From Verrucomicrobiota bacterium (GTDB lineage: Bacteria > Verrucomicrobiota > Verrucomicrobiia > Limisphaerales > AAA164-E04), in the NCBI GenBank assembly GCA_047947115.1, contig CP170459.1:5344001-5408000 (forward strand): a stretch of DNA of 64,000 nucleotides, read 5' to 3'. Numbering within the stretch: the first letter of the stretch is position 1; each line of letters starts with the position of its first letter. The notes beneath the pieces were generated by a model, which was not told where the DNA came from, searched no databases, and was given only the letters and a program-made list of their open reading frames with translations. Shown one piece after another: positions 11,401-19,689 of the stretch. The position numbers were made by a program, and so were the translations under genes.

Positions 11401-14400
11401 ATGATCCCGAAGACTTCGGAAGCACCGACCGCGGTATGTGGGGCGGATTGATCGTTCTCGGACGCGCCACGCTGAACAGCCCTGCTGACAGTGGAACGCC
11501 AATCACCGACAACATCGAAGGTATCGACATCAACGAACCTCGCGGCATCTTCGGTGGAAGCGACGATAGCGACAACAGCGGTGTGATCCGCTACGTCTCC
11601 ATCCGCCACGGTGGAACATTGATTGGTGCGGACAACGAGATCAACGGTCTGACCTTGGGCGCGGTTGGCAGCGGAACCACCATCGAACATGTGGAAATCT
11701 TCGCCAACCTGGACGACGGAATCGAGTTCTTCGGCGGAACAGCTGAAGTGAAGTTCCTCGTCGTAGCTTACTGCGGTGATGACTGCTTCGACTACGACCA
11801 GGGATGGCGCGGTAAAGGCCAGTTCTGGTTCAGCATCCAGGACGCCGACTCCGGTGAAGCAGGCGAACACGACGGTGACATCGATGATGACACCAAGACC
11901 CCGCTTTCCAAGCCTACCATCTACAACGCCACCATGATCGGTGCCGGTGTGGACTCCGGCAACGGCAAGCGCGTCTTCAACATCCGCGACAACGCCGGCG
12001 GCAACTACTACAACAGTATCTTCACCGATTTCAACGGTCGTGCGATTGACATCCAGGACGACAGCGCAGGTCGCGCTCAAGCCGGTGACATCGACTTCCG
12101 CAACAACATCTGGTGGAGCTTCGGTGCCGGATCAACCGGTGCTGAAATCGCCAACGCGAACGCCCAATACCTGTTCACGGAAGCCGATCGCATGAACACG
12201 ATTGAAGATCCGATGCTGACCGGTATCAGCCGCGACTTCGATGCCATGCTCGATCCTCGTCCAACCGCTGGAAGTCCTGCTTTGAGCAATGCCCTGAACG
12301 CCTTGCCTGGAGATAACTTCTTCATGAACGTTGGATTCCAAGGCGCATTTGGTGCCGAAAACTGGGCCACCCAGTGGACCGCATTGGCTACGGGCGGTTA
12401 TATCAGCCCCGAAGGATTCGGAGTTCCCGCCTCTCAGGCCGGAAGCATTCAAGTCACCGATGCCGATATTCAAGGCAACACGGTCTGGACTGCTGACAAC
12501 GAATATGTCTTGAACGGTCTGGTCTTTGTCGAAGACGGCGAAACCCTGACCATCGAGCCAGGAACAGTCATCAAGGGCAAACCCGGTCAAGGCGCTGACG
12601 CCAGTGCACTGGTTGTGGCTCGCGGAGGTAAGATCTTCGCTGAAGGCACCGCCGATGCTCCGATTATCTTCACTGCTGAAGCCGACAACGTGAATGATCC
12701 CGAAGACTTCGGAAGCACCGACCGCGGTATGTGGGGCGGATTGATCGTTCTCGGACGCGCCACGCTGAACAGCCCTGCTGACAGTGGAACGCCAATCACC
12801 GACAACATCGAAGGTATCGACATCAACGAACCTCGTGGCATCTTCGGTGGCAGCGATGACAGCGACGACAGCGGTATCCTCCGCTACGTCTCTATCCGTC
12901 ACGGCGGAACGCTGATTGGAGCTGACAACGAGATCAACGGCCTGACATTGGGTGCGGTTGGCAGCGGAACCACCATCGAGTTCATCGAAATCTTCGCCAA
13001 TCTGGACGACGGTATCGAGTTCTTCGGCGGAACAGCCCAGGTGAAATTCCTTTCTGTGGCATACTGCGGTGATGACTGCTTCGACTACGACCAGGGATGG
13101 CGCGGTAAAGGCCAGTTCTGGTTCAGCATCCAGGACGCCGACTCCGGTGAAGCAGGCGAACACGACGGTGACATCGATGATGACACCAAGACCCCGCTTT
13201 CCAAGCCTACCATCTACAACGCCACCATGATCGGTGCCGGTGTGGACTCCGGCAACGGCAAGCGCGTCTTCAACATCCGCGACAACGCCGGCGGCAACTA
13301 CTACAACAGTATCTTCACCGACTTCAACGGTCGTGCGATTGACATCCAGGACGACAGCGCTGGTCGCGCTCAAGCCGGTGACATCGACTTCCGCAACAAC
13401 ATCTGGTGGAGCTTCGGTGCCGGATCAACCGGCGCTGAAATCGCCAACGCGAACGCCCAATACCTGTTCGCTGAAGCCGATCGCATGAACTCGATTGAAG
13501 ATCCGATGCTGACCGGTATCAGCCGCGACTTCGATGCCATGCTCGATCCTCGTCCAACCGGTGGAAGTCCTGCTTTGAGCAATGCCTTGAATGCATTGCC
13601 CGGAGACAGCTTCTTCATGCCGGCAAATCACCAGGGAGCCTTCAGCACCTGGAACTGGTTGGCTGGGTGGTCCGCATTGGCTTCCGGTGGTTACATCACC
13701 AATGATGAAGGAACGATTCCTTCCATGCTGCCTGAAGGTGTTGTTGCCATGGAGGACTTCGAAAGCCTCCCATTGGGACCGAACGTGAATGAAGAATTGG
13801 CCGGAGACAATGTCTGGACCAAAACTGCTCCTGAAGGTTGGAGCATTGATGACACGGGTGTTCCTGGCGTTGGCGATGACGCGACCGATGGTGTGACCGA
13901 ATGGGCTGGTTGGAGCTTCACCGACAAAGACTGGTGGACTCAAGCCGCCGGCGATCAGCGTCGCAGCGAATTCACCAAGGCATCCGGTACTATTGCCGTT
14001 GCCGATGGTGACGAATGGGATGATCAGCCCCACGCCGAGGGATTCATCGACACGTTCCTGAGCTGGACCGTGGATGTTTCCTCTGCTGCGGCCCGGTCCC
14101 TGGAGCTTCACTTCGACTCCTCCTGGCGCCCTGAATATGACAGCAACTATCATCAAACAGCGAACGTGACTGTTTCTTATGACGGTGGCGCTCCAGTTCA
14201 AGTCATGTTGTGGGAATCGAATCAAGACAGCCCGAACTACAAACCTGACGCAACAAACGACAGCGTGATTGTCCCTCTTGGAAATCCAGAAGGTGCCAAG
14301 AGCATGGTGGTGACATTTGGTTACTTCGACGCCGGCAACGACTGGTGGTGGGCCATTGACAATGTCAGAATTGCAGAAGGCGGCTATCAGCATATGCTTG

Positions 14401-15227
14401 AGCCTGGTGTGTATGGATTCGAAGACTTCGAGCACCTCGTCCTCGGACCGAACGTGAATGAAGAATTGGACGGAGAAAGCGTCTGGACCAAGGACACTCC
14501 TCGCAACATGTCCATCGATGATTCCGGTGTGGCTGGAGTCGGCAATGACGAAACTGACGGTGTCACCGAATGGGCTGGTTGGAGCTTCGCCAATAAAGAA
14601 TGGTGGACTCAGACTGCCGGAGACCAACGACGCAGTGAGTTTGTAAATGGTATCGGAACCGTGGCCATAGCAGACGGTGACGAATGGGATGACCAACCAC
14701 ACGCTGAAGGCTACGTGAACACATTCCTTTCCTGGGATGTGGATATCACGGGCGCGACCGCTGGTGGATTGGAACTGTCATTCGATTCCTCCTGGCGTCC
14801 AGAATTCGACGACAACTATCATCAAACCGCCAACATCACCGCTTCCTATGACGGTGGCGAGGCTGTTCAAGTGATGTTGTGGGAATCGAATTCCGATAGC
14901 CCTAATTATAAGGACCACGCTCCGAATGAAGCAGTGATCCTGCCGTTGGATAATCCTGCCGGCGCTAAAAACCTGACGTTGACCTTCGGTTATTTTGACG
15001 CCGGCAACGACTGGTGGTGGGCTATTGACAACCTCGTGGTGGCTGAAGCCATGAACCCGGATACAATCGCGATAGCACGCGACGGAGCAAACATCTCCAT
15101 CACTTATGAGGGAACATTGCAGGCAGCGGATACCGTATCGGGTCCTTACAGCGATGTGGCAGGGGCGACCAGCCCGTTCAGCGTAACGGCTGACGCGCCT
15201 CAGAAGTTCTATCGCGCAGTGCGATAA
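8493..15227 (+). CDS. 2244-aa secreted multidomain protein: four ~430-aa beta-helix-like repeats, two ~220-aa Trp/Asp-rich domains and a C-terminal FYR-type domain
   Basis: Signal peptide (...AFSSWSA). Repeats start near nt 8568, 9864, 11151 and 12444, each with IFTAE..D...GLWGG, NSG.(L/I)RYVSIRHGG...NEINGLTLGAVG and DDGIEFFGGT. Twin domains near 13740 and 14408 contain GVTEWAGWSF...ADGDEWDD...AGNDWWWAIDN. Ends GTLQAADTVSGPYSDVAGATSPF...QKFYRAVR. Confidence 0.9.
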   Translation: MMKKRLKAIAAMILLLPAFSSWSATIQVTDADIQSNTVWTSDNEYVLNGLVFVESGERLTIAPGTVIKGKPGQGADASALVVARGGQIVAEGTPSKPIIFTAEGDDVNDPEDFGETDRGLWGGVIILGRATLNSPADSGTPITDNIEGIDINEPRGIFGGDNDRDNSGILRYVSIRHGGTLIGADNEINGLTLGAVGNRTILEFIEVFANLDDGIEFFGGTAQVKYASVAFCGDDSFDYDQGWRGNGQFWFTIQDADSGDGGEHDGDIDDDTKLPLSKPQISNATFIGAGKDSGTGRRAFNIRDNAGAVYLNSLFTEFNGRAIDIQDDSIGRAQAGDINFLNNLFWNFGAGDTPETIANANAQFLFTDAGKLNKIVDPMLTGISRQPDAALDPRPTAASPALAGPAIQITDDPTGFFTNASFLGAFSSWNWLAGWSALATGGYITNDAGTIPNELKGVVQVNDFSINGNTVWKAENEYVLNGLVFVEEGETLTIEPGTVIKGKPGQGADASALVVARGGKIFAEGTADAPIIFTAEADDVNDPDDFGSTDRGLWGGLIVLGRATLNSPADSGSPITDNIEGIDINEPRGIFGGSDDSDNSGVIRYVSIRHGGTLIGADNEINGLTLGAVGSETTIEHVEIFANLDDGIEFFGGTAEVKFLVVAYCGDDCFDYDQGWRGKGQFWFSIQDADSGEAGEHDGDIDDDTKTPLSKPTIYNATMIGAGVDSGNGKRVFNIRDNAGGNYYNSIFTDFNGRAIDIQDDSAGRGQAGDIDFRNNIWWSFGAGSTGAEIANANAQYLFAEADRMNEIQDPMISGISRDFDGVLDPRPAAGSPAFNNALFGLPGDSFFSKVDFQGAFDSQNWAAKWTALATGGYLKNEGFGVPGGQTIQVTDADIRTNTVWTANNTYVLNGLVFVEEGETLTIEPGTVIKGKPGQGADASALVVARGGKIFAEGTADAPIIFTAEADNVNDPEDFGSTDRGMWGGLIVLGRATLNSPADSGTPITDNIEGIDINEPRGIFGGSDDSDNSGVIRYVSIRHGGTLIGADNEINGLTLGAVGSGTTIEHVEIFANLDDGIEFFGGTAEVKFLVVAYCGDDCFDYDQGWRGKGQFWFSIQDADSGEAGEHDGDIDDDTKTPLSKPTIYNATMIGAGVDSGNGKRVFNIRDNAGGNYYNSIFTDFNGRAIDIQDDSAGRAQAGDIDFRNNIWWSFGAGSTGAEIANANAQYLFTEADRMNTIEDPMLTGISRDFDAMLDPRPTAGSPALSNALNALPGDNFFMNVGFQGAFGAENWATQWTALATGGYISPEGFGVPASQAGSIQVTDADIQGNTVWTADNEYVLNGLVFVEDGETLTIEPGTVIKGKPGQGADASALVVARGGKIFAEGTADAPIIFTAEADNVNDPEDFGSTDRGMWGGLIVLGRATLNSPADSGTPITDNIEGIDINEPRGIFGGSDDSDDSGILRYVSIRHGGTLIGADNEINGLTLGAVGSGTTIEFIEIFANLDDGIEFFGGTAQVKFLSVAYCGDDCFDYDQGWRGKGQFWFSIQDADSGEAGEHDGDIDDDTKTPLSKPTIYNATMIGAGVDSGNGKRVFNIRDNAGGNYYNSIFTDFNGRAIDIQDDSAGRAQAGDIDFRNNIWWSFGAGSTGAEIANANAQYLFAEADRMNSIEDPMLTGISRDFDAMLDPRPTGGSPALSNALNALPGDSFFMPANHQGAFSTWNWLAGWSALASGGYITNDEGTIPSMLPEGVVAMEDFESLPLGPNVNEELAGDNVWTKTAPEGWSIDDTGVPGVGDDATDGVTEWAGWSFTDKDWWTQAAGDQRRSEFTKASGTIAVADGDEWDDQPHAEGFIDTFLSWTVDVSSAAARSLELHFDSSWRPEYDSNYHQTANVTVSYDGGAPVQVMLWESNQDSPNYKPDATNDSVIVPLGNPEGAKSMVVTFGYFDAGNDWWWAIDNVRIAEGGYQHMLEPGVYGFEDFEHLVLGPNVNEELDGESVWTKDTPRNMSIDDSGVAGVGNDETDGVTEWAGWSFANKEWWTQTAGDQRRSEFVNGIGTVAIADGDEWDDQPHAEGYVNTFLSWDVDITGATAGGLELSFDSSWRPEFDDNYHQTANITASYDGGEAVQVMLWESNSDSPNYKDHAPNEAVILPLDNPAGAKNLTLTFGYFDAGNDWWWAIDNLVVAEAMNPDTIAIARDGANISITYEGTLQAADTVSGPYSDVAGATSPFSVTADAPQKFYRAVR

Positions 15228-15270
15228 TCACCTTAACTTGACTTAAATTGGTTGCCTGAGTCAATGCACG

Positions 15271-15305
15271 AAGGCCCCTCGGTTTATTCCGAGGGGCCTT
15301 TTTTT
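15271..15305 (+). terminator. Rho-independent terminator
   Basis: AAGGCCCCTCGG-TTTATT-CCGAGGGGCCTT followed by a T-run. Confidence 0.9.
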
Positions 15306-15330
15306 CGCTTAAAAATGGGGCTGCTCAAAA

Positions 15331-16467
15331 TCACTCGAACGGAACACCATTCTCATCCACAAGATCTTTTCCTTGAGCTAATTTAAGAATCTTTTCGACC
15401 AATTCATCGGTTTTCCAGAGATTGCCGACAATGATGTCCTGAATTTTTCCTTCCGGATCGATCAGCACGGTTCGCAAATTGTGGTCCCACTCAAGCAACG
15501 TTCCCTCGCTGCGATAAAACAAGAGACCGAATTGTTCGGTTAAGGCGTCAATATCGATCATCTTACCGGTCGCAAAGGTCCAGGTGTCAGGGTCATGTTG
15601 ATAGGCGCTGGCATACAGTTTCAAGCGTTCGGGGGTGTCGTTCACCGGATCAAAGCTGATGGATAGAAAGTGGACATTGTCGGGCGGGTTATCCATGAGC
15701 TGGAGTTTTTGTTGCGCTTCAAGAAACTGACGGTTCATCTTCGGGCAAAAATCCGGAATGGGGCACCTTGTATAGATGAAGGTCATGGCCAATGCCTTTC
15801 CTCGAAACTGATCCAAAGTGATGGGCTTGGCAAATTGATTGGTCAGGCCATAGTTCGGCAGCATATCCCCCACTTTCAAGGGCTGCACTTCGCGCACCAG
15901 ACGCCAGGGCGCGGTTTCGGATAATTCATCCAAAGAAGGCACATCATCGGACTTTTTCTCGACCCCATCGATCCAGCTGCGCTCTTCGGTGACGTGCAGG
16001 AGGAACATGATGGAATCGTTGGTATGGATGTTGGACCATTCATTGGTGTCACCAATATTAAACGGCATGGTCATCGCTTTCATATAACCGGGAATCTCCT
16101 CATGCTCGATCCGGGCCCTGGAGAGATCCGATTCAATGGACCTCACGACCCCATTGACCGAAAACAATTTGAGATCCTCAATACGCCTTTCTACTGGATC
16201 TCCATCTTGTGACACCGTTGGGACGTTTTCGACCTCAGATACGGATCCGGAAGGTTCAGCCGCTTCCGTAGATGTGATCTGCTCTGTGGACTGTTCAATG
16301 CGGGCTTCATCATAAACGCCGAGCGCCATCCAGAAAAGGCACACAAATAAACCGCTTAAAATAAAAACAGTGGATCGATTTGAATTTCCAAAACTCATAC
16401 CCCTTAAATGGCATGAAACCCAACTCATTTCCACCCCTTTTCTGGTTTTACCACCTCCTGACGCCAC
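15331..16467 (-). CDS. SCO1/SenC copper chaperone fused to a CusF-like copper-binding domain (true start probably ~16398-16428)
   Basis: HEEIPGYMKAMTMPF (CusF-like), FIYTRCPIPDFCP (SCO Cys motif), conserved His in WDHNLRT, N-terminal TM helix. Confidence 0.88.
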   Translation of the reverse strand: MASGGGKTRKGVEMSWVSCHLRGMSFGNSNRSTVFILSGLFVCLFWMALGVYDEARIEQSTEQITSTEAAEPSGSVSEVENVPTVSQDGDPVERRIEDLKLFSVNGVVRSIESDLSRARIEHEEIPGYMKAMTMPFNIGDTNEWSNIHTNDSIMFLLHVTEERSWIDGVEKKSDDVPSLDELSETAPWRLVREVQPLKVGDMLPNYGLTNQFAKPITLDQFRGKALAMTFIYTRCPIPDFCPKMNRQFLEAQQKLQLMDNPPDNVHFLSISFDPVNDTPERLKLYASAYQHDPDTWTFATGKMIDIDALTEQFGLLFYRSEGTLLEWDHNLRTVLIDPEGKIQDIIVGNLWKTDELVEKILKLAQGKDLVDENGVPFE

Positions 16468-16486
16468 GCAGTTCGTTTTTTAAAAT

Positions 16487-16670
16487 GGAGGGACCGGTTC
16501 CACCCGGCTCCCAAAATTCCCCCTAAAAACATTCCTGATCAAAAGACGTGGAACGCGGGAAGTCTTAGGTGATCGTTCATTTCAGGTGTTTCCACCGACT
16601 CCGTGTGGGTCAGCAAACGCCCTGAGGTTTTAAGCAGGAGTCCCGACAGGTTGGGAGAATTTGCCCCTCC
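16487..16670. ncRNA. Candidate ~185-nt structured intergenic RNA or GGAG-type REP-like element
   Basis: Ends pair (GGAGGGAC.../...GCCCCTCC) and enclose two hairpins (GATCAAAAGAC/GTCTT..TGATC; TCAGGTGTTT/AAACGCCCTGA). No family recognised. Confidence 0.3.
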
Positions 16671-16758
16671 GAATTTGGGTTTCTAACTTTTGGGCTGCCC
16701 CCATCTCTAGCAAGAACCAACTTTTGACCTTTGATGGGCGATCCTCTAGGCTTGCGGC

Positions 16759-17850
16759 ATGAAAACCGTGAAAGTGCCTTTGGGTGACCGGTCTTATCGG
16801 ATTTTGATTGGACCGGATTTGATGCAGCAGATTGGCAAACAATGTCAAAAGCTGAAGCTAGGGACGTCCTGTGCCATCGTGACGGATGACAAGGTCGGGC
16901 CGCTTTTTGCGGATACCGTGGTCAAATCGTTCGAGGATGCCGGCATCCGCACGACGCTCATCACCATCCCCAACGGCGAACAATCCAAGAACCTCAGGCT
17001 GGTCCATCAATGCTATGACCGATTGGCCGAAGCCCGTCTGGAGCGCAAATCGTTCGTTGTGGCACTAGGCGGCGGGGTCGTGGGAGATCTGGCTGGTTTC
17101 GTCGCGGCCACCTACCTGCGAGGCGTGGATTTCGTGCAGATCCCGACCACACTGCTTTCGCAAGTGGACAGTTCAGTGGGCGGCAAAGTGGGTGTCAACC
17201 TGAAAGCCGGCAAGAACCTGGTCGGAGCCTTTTACCAACCAAAGCTCGTGTTATGCGATCTGGATAGCCTGAAAACTTTGCCTGAGCGGGAGTTCCGAGC
17301 CGGACTGGCCGAGGTCATCAAGTATGGCATCATCGACGACGCCAGACTTTTCAAGCAGCTCGAGAAGGAGATCGACCGACTGCTCCAACTGGACACTCAT
17401 TGCCTGGAAGGTGTCATCGCGCGCTGTTGCCAGATCAAGGCGAAGGTTGTGGGAGAAGACGAAAAGGAAAGTGGCTTGAGGGCCATCCTGAACTACGGGC
17501 ACACCATCGGTCACGCCATCGAAGCCATCACTCGGTACGGAACTTATTTGCATGGAGAGGCCATTTCGATTGGCCAGGTAGCCGCTGGCTATCTATCTCA
17601 ACAACTGACGGATTTTTCAATTCCGCATGCCGACCGGGCCCGGTGTTTGTTTGAACACGCAGGACTGCCCACCACCATCAAGCTTTCGAAACCCCAGCGC
17701 ACCCGACTCATCCAGGCCATGCAACTGGACAAAAAAGTAAGCGCAGGCGAGGTCAAATTCGTGTTGGCCCACCAGATCGGACACGTTACTCCCGGACACC
17801 GGGTTACTCCCTACTTGATCCATGCGGCGTTGGATCATGTTTCAAAATAA
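16759..17850 (+). CDS. aroB: 3-dehydroquinate synthase
   Basis: ALGGGVVGDLAGF, PTTLLSQVDSSVGGKVGVN, LNYGHTIGHAIE, HGEA and DKK motifs. Confidence 0.97.
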   Translation: MKTVKVPLGDRSYRILIGPDLMQQIGKQCQKLKLGTSCAIVTDDKVGPLFADTVVKSFEDAGIRTTLITIPNGEQSKNLRLVHQCYDRLAEARLERKSFVVALGGGVVGDLAGFVAATYLRGVDFVQIPTTLLSQVDSSVGGKVGVNLKAGKNLVGAFYQPKLVLCDLDSLKTLPEREFRAGLAEVIKYGIIDDARLFKQLEKEIDRLLQLDTHCLEGVIARCCQIKAKVVGEDEKESGLRAILNYGHTIGHAIEAITRYGTYLHGEAISIGQVAAGYLSQQLTDFSIPHADRARCLFEHAGLPTTIKLSKPQRTRLIQAMQLDKKVSAGEVKFVLAHQIGHVTPGHRVTPYLIHAALDHVSK

Positions 17851-17871
17851 ACCCTTTTCCATTCAGCAATC

Positions 17872-18495
17872 ATGTCATCCGTCAATGACCAGATCGTCCG
17901 GGAATTTTTCGAAATCCAGGGCTTTCTGGTCCGGCAGATCCGCAAGCATGTTTCCCCCATGCCGGATGAGGTGGAGGAATCTGATTTCTGGATCTGGCAT
18001 CCGGGGCATGCATCAGGCGGTCAAAGAACCGCCAAAAGCGGGCTCAGCCAACCGCTCGATGCCATCACCAATGCCTTTGTTTTCGTCAAGCCGTGGCATA
18101 CCGAAACATTTACGACGGGCGTCATCGAAAATGACGAAGACCTGACCAAACGATTATCCAGCACTTTGGAAGCAAATGATGCGGAAACGAAATCCTGGCT
18201 CCAGCATGATCCACACAAAATCCTGATTGTCTCCAACCTTCCCAAGGCCAATGCCGCCCGTGAAAAATCGATGGCATTGATCAAGGAAAAGGGCTTTGAT
18301 GTGGTGCTGACGTTCAATCAGATCCTCTCCAAGTTACTGGACCAAGTGGAGCGCAACCGCAATTATCAGCGATCTGATCTACTGCAAACCCTGCGACTCC
18401 TGAAGAACTACGGACTGGTCCGGCCGCTCCAATTGGAGTTGTTCGAACGCACCAAGCCCCACAAGAAACGAAAAAGAAACACTCCTGATTCATGA
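17872..18495 (+). CDS. Hypothetical protein co-oriented with aroB
   Basis: 207-aa ORF starting 21 bp after aroB, protein-like composition; function unknown. Confidence 0.7.
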   Translation: MSSVNDQIVREFFEIQGFLVRQIRKHVSPMPDEVEESDFWIWHPGHASGGQRTAKSGLSQPLDAITNAFVFVKPWHTETFTTGVIENDEDLTKRLSSTLEANDAETKSWLQHDPHKILIVSNLPKANAAREKSMALIKEKGFDVVLTFNQILSKLLDQVERNRNYQRSDLLQTLRLLKNYGLVRPLQLELFERTKPHKKRKRNTPDS

Positions 18496-18600
18496 TTTCG
18501 AATCATTGTTGAGGAATGTTAAAGAGCAAATATATCAGATTGGGAAAGACGCTATCTGCGGACACTCAATTCATGATCCCCTGCCCCCAAGGGGCACATA

Positions 18601-19584
18601 TCATTCCATCGGATACTTCAAACCCCACTGCTGGCGGATGCGATCCATGGTTTGAATCAATCGGATGCTCTCCAAGTGAGGCATCACGGAACTTTCCAAC
18701 TTTCCAGCCAGCAAACATTCGCCCACTTCCTGGGCTTCGAACTGGTATCCGTTGCTTTCGTAGGGGCATTGAACAGACTCGGGCTCTTTACCATCCAAAA
18801 AGACATCCATGTGACTGGCTTTCCAGAATTGCCGGGAAAGGTGAATCCGTCCCTTTTCTCCGTATATCCAGGCCGATTGGGAAGTTTGGGTTCGGACCGC
18901 CGAGGACAAAACACTCAACTGACCTCTGGCATGTTTCAAAATGTAAGCCGACTGTTCGTCCACTCCAGTCTCTCCAAGAGTGGGCAAACTCACAATTTCG
19001 GTGGGTGCGCCAAGAATCATGCCACTGAATTCAATCGGATAAATACCGACATCCAGCAAAGCTCCTCCCGCCAGATCAGGATTGAAGAGTCTTTTTTTCG
19101 GATCAACATCCACTCGAAACCCAAAATCTGCCTGGATCATGCGAACCTCACCAATGACGCCTTCGGCGAGTCGCTGCCTCAATTCACGGATCAATGGAAT
19201 GAAGCGCATCCACATGGCTTCCATCAGGAACAGTCCTTTTTCCTGGGCTTTTGCGATCATCGTCCGCACTTGAGTTTCATTGACCGCAAAGGGTTTTTCA
19301 CAAAGGACATGTTTGCCGCCCTCCAGACAAAGCAGAGTATTATCGCAATGCGAGGTGTGTGGCGTGGCAATGTAAACCGCATCCACATCCGGATCGGAGG
19401 CAAGGGCTTCATAGGTTCCGAGTGCTTTCCCAACACCATATTTGGAGGCAAAAGCATCCGCTGTGGTTTGGTTTCTGGAAGCGACTACCGTCAAATCGGC
19501 ATCTTGCAGGTGTCGCAGACCTTCGGCAAACTCACCGGCGATACGGCCGGTTCCCAGGATTCCCCATCGAATTCTTGTGGACAT
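18601..19584 (-). CDS. Gfo/Idh/MocA family oxidoreductase
   Basis: WGILGTGRIA, YIATPH, HVLCEKP, GGALLDVGIY. Confidence 0.95.
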   Translation of the reverse strand: MSTRIRWGILGTGRIAGEFAEGLRHLQDADLTVVASRNQTTADAFASKYGVGKALGTYEALASDPDVDAVYIATPHTSHCDNTLLCLEGGKHVLCEKPFAVNETQVRTMIAKAQEKGLFLMEAMWMRFIPLIRELRQRLAEGVIGEVRMIQADFGFRVDVDPKKRLFNPDLAGGALLDVGIYPIEFSGMILGAPTEIVSLPTLGETGVDEQSAYILKHARGQLSVLSSAVRTQTSQSAWIYGEKGRIHLSRQFWKASHMDVFLDGKEPESVQCPYESNGYQFEAQEVGECLLAGKLESSVMPHLESIRLIQTMDRIRQQWGLKYPME

Positions 19585-19689
19585 ACGCTTAGTTCGAATA
19601 CATGTTTGGCATCAATGTGTCATTTAACATTCAAAGTGCTTCCACTAAAAGGAATTCACCGCAAGGAATCAACGTGAAAACAGGATAAG

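Noticed and set aside
11067..14702. Long antisense ORFs (337, 413 and 425 aa) inside the giant gene
   Set aside because: Shadow frames caused by codon bias and the repeats; no protein motifs.
16487..16670. Firm call as 6S RNA or a riboswitch
   Set aside because: No diagnostic motif recognised by eye; kept only as an unassigned candidate.
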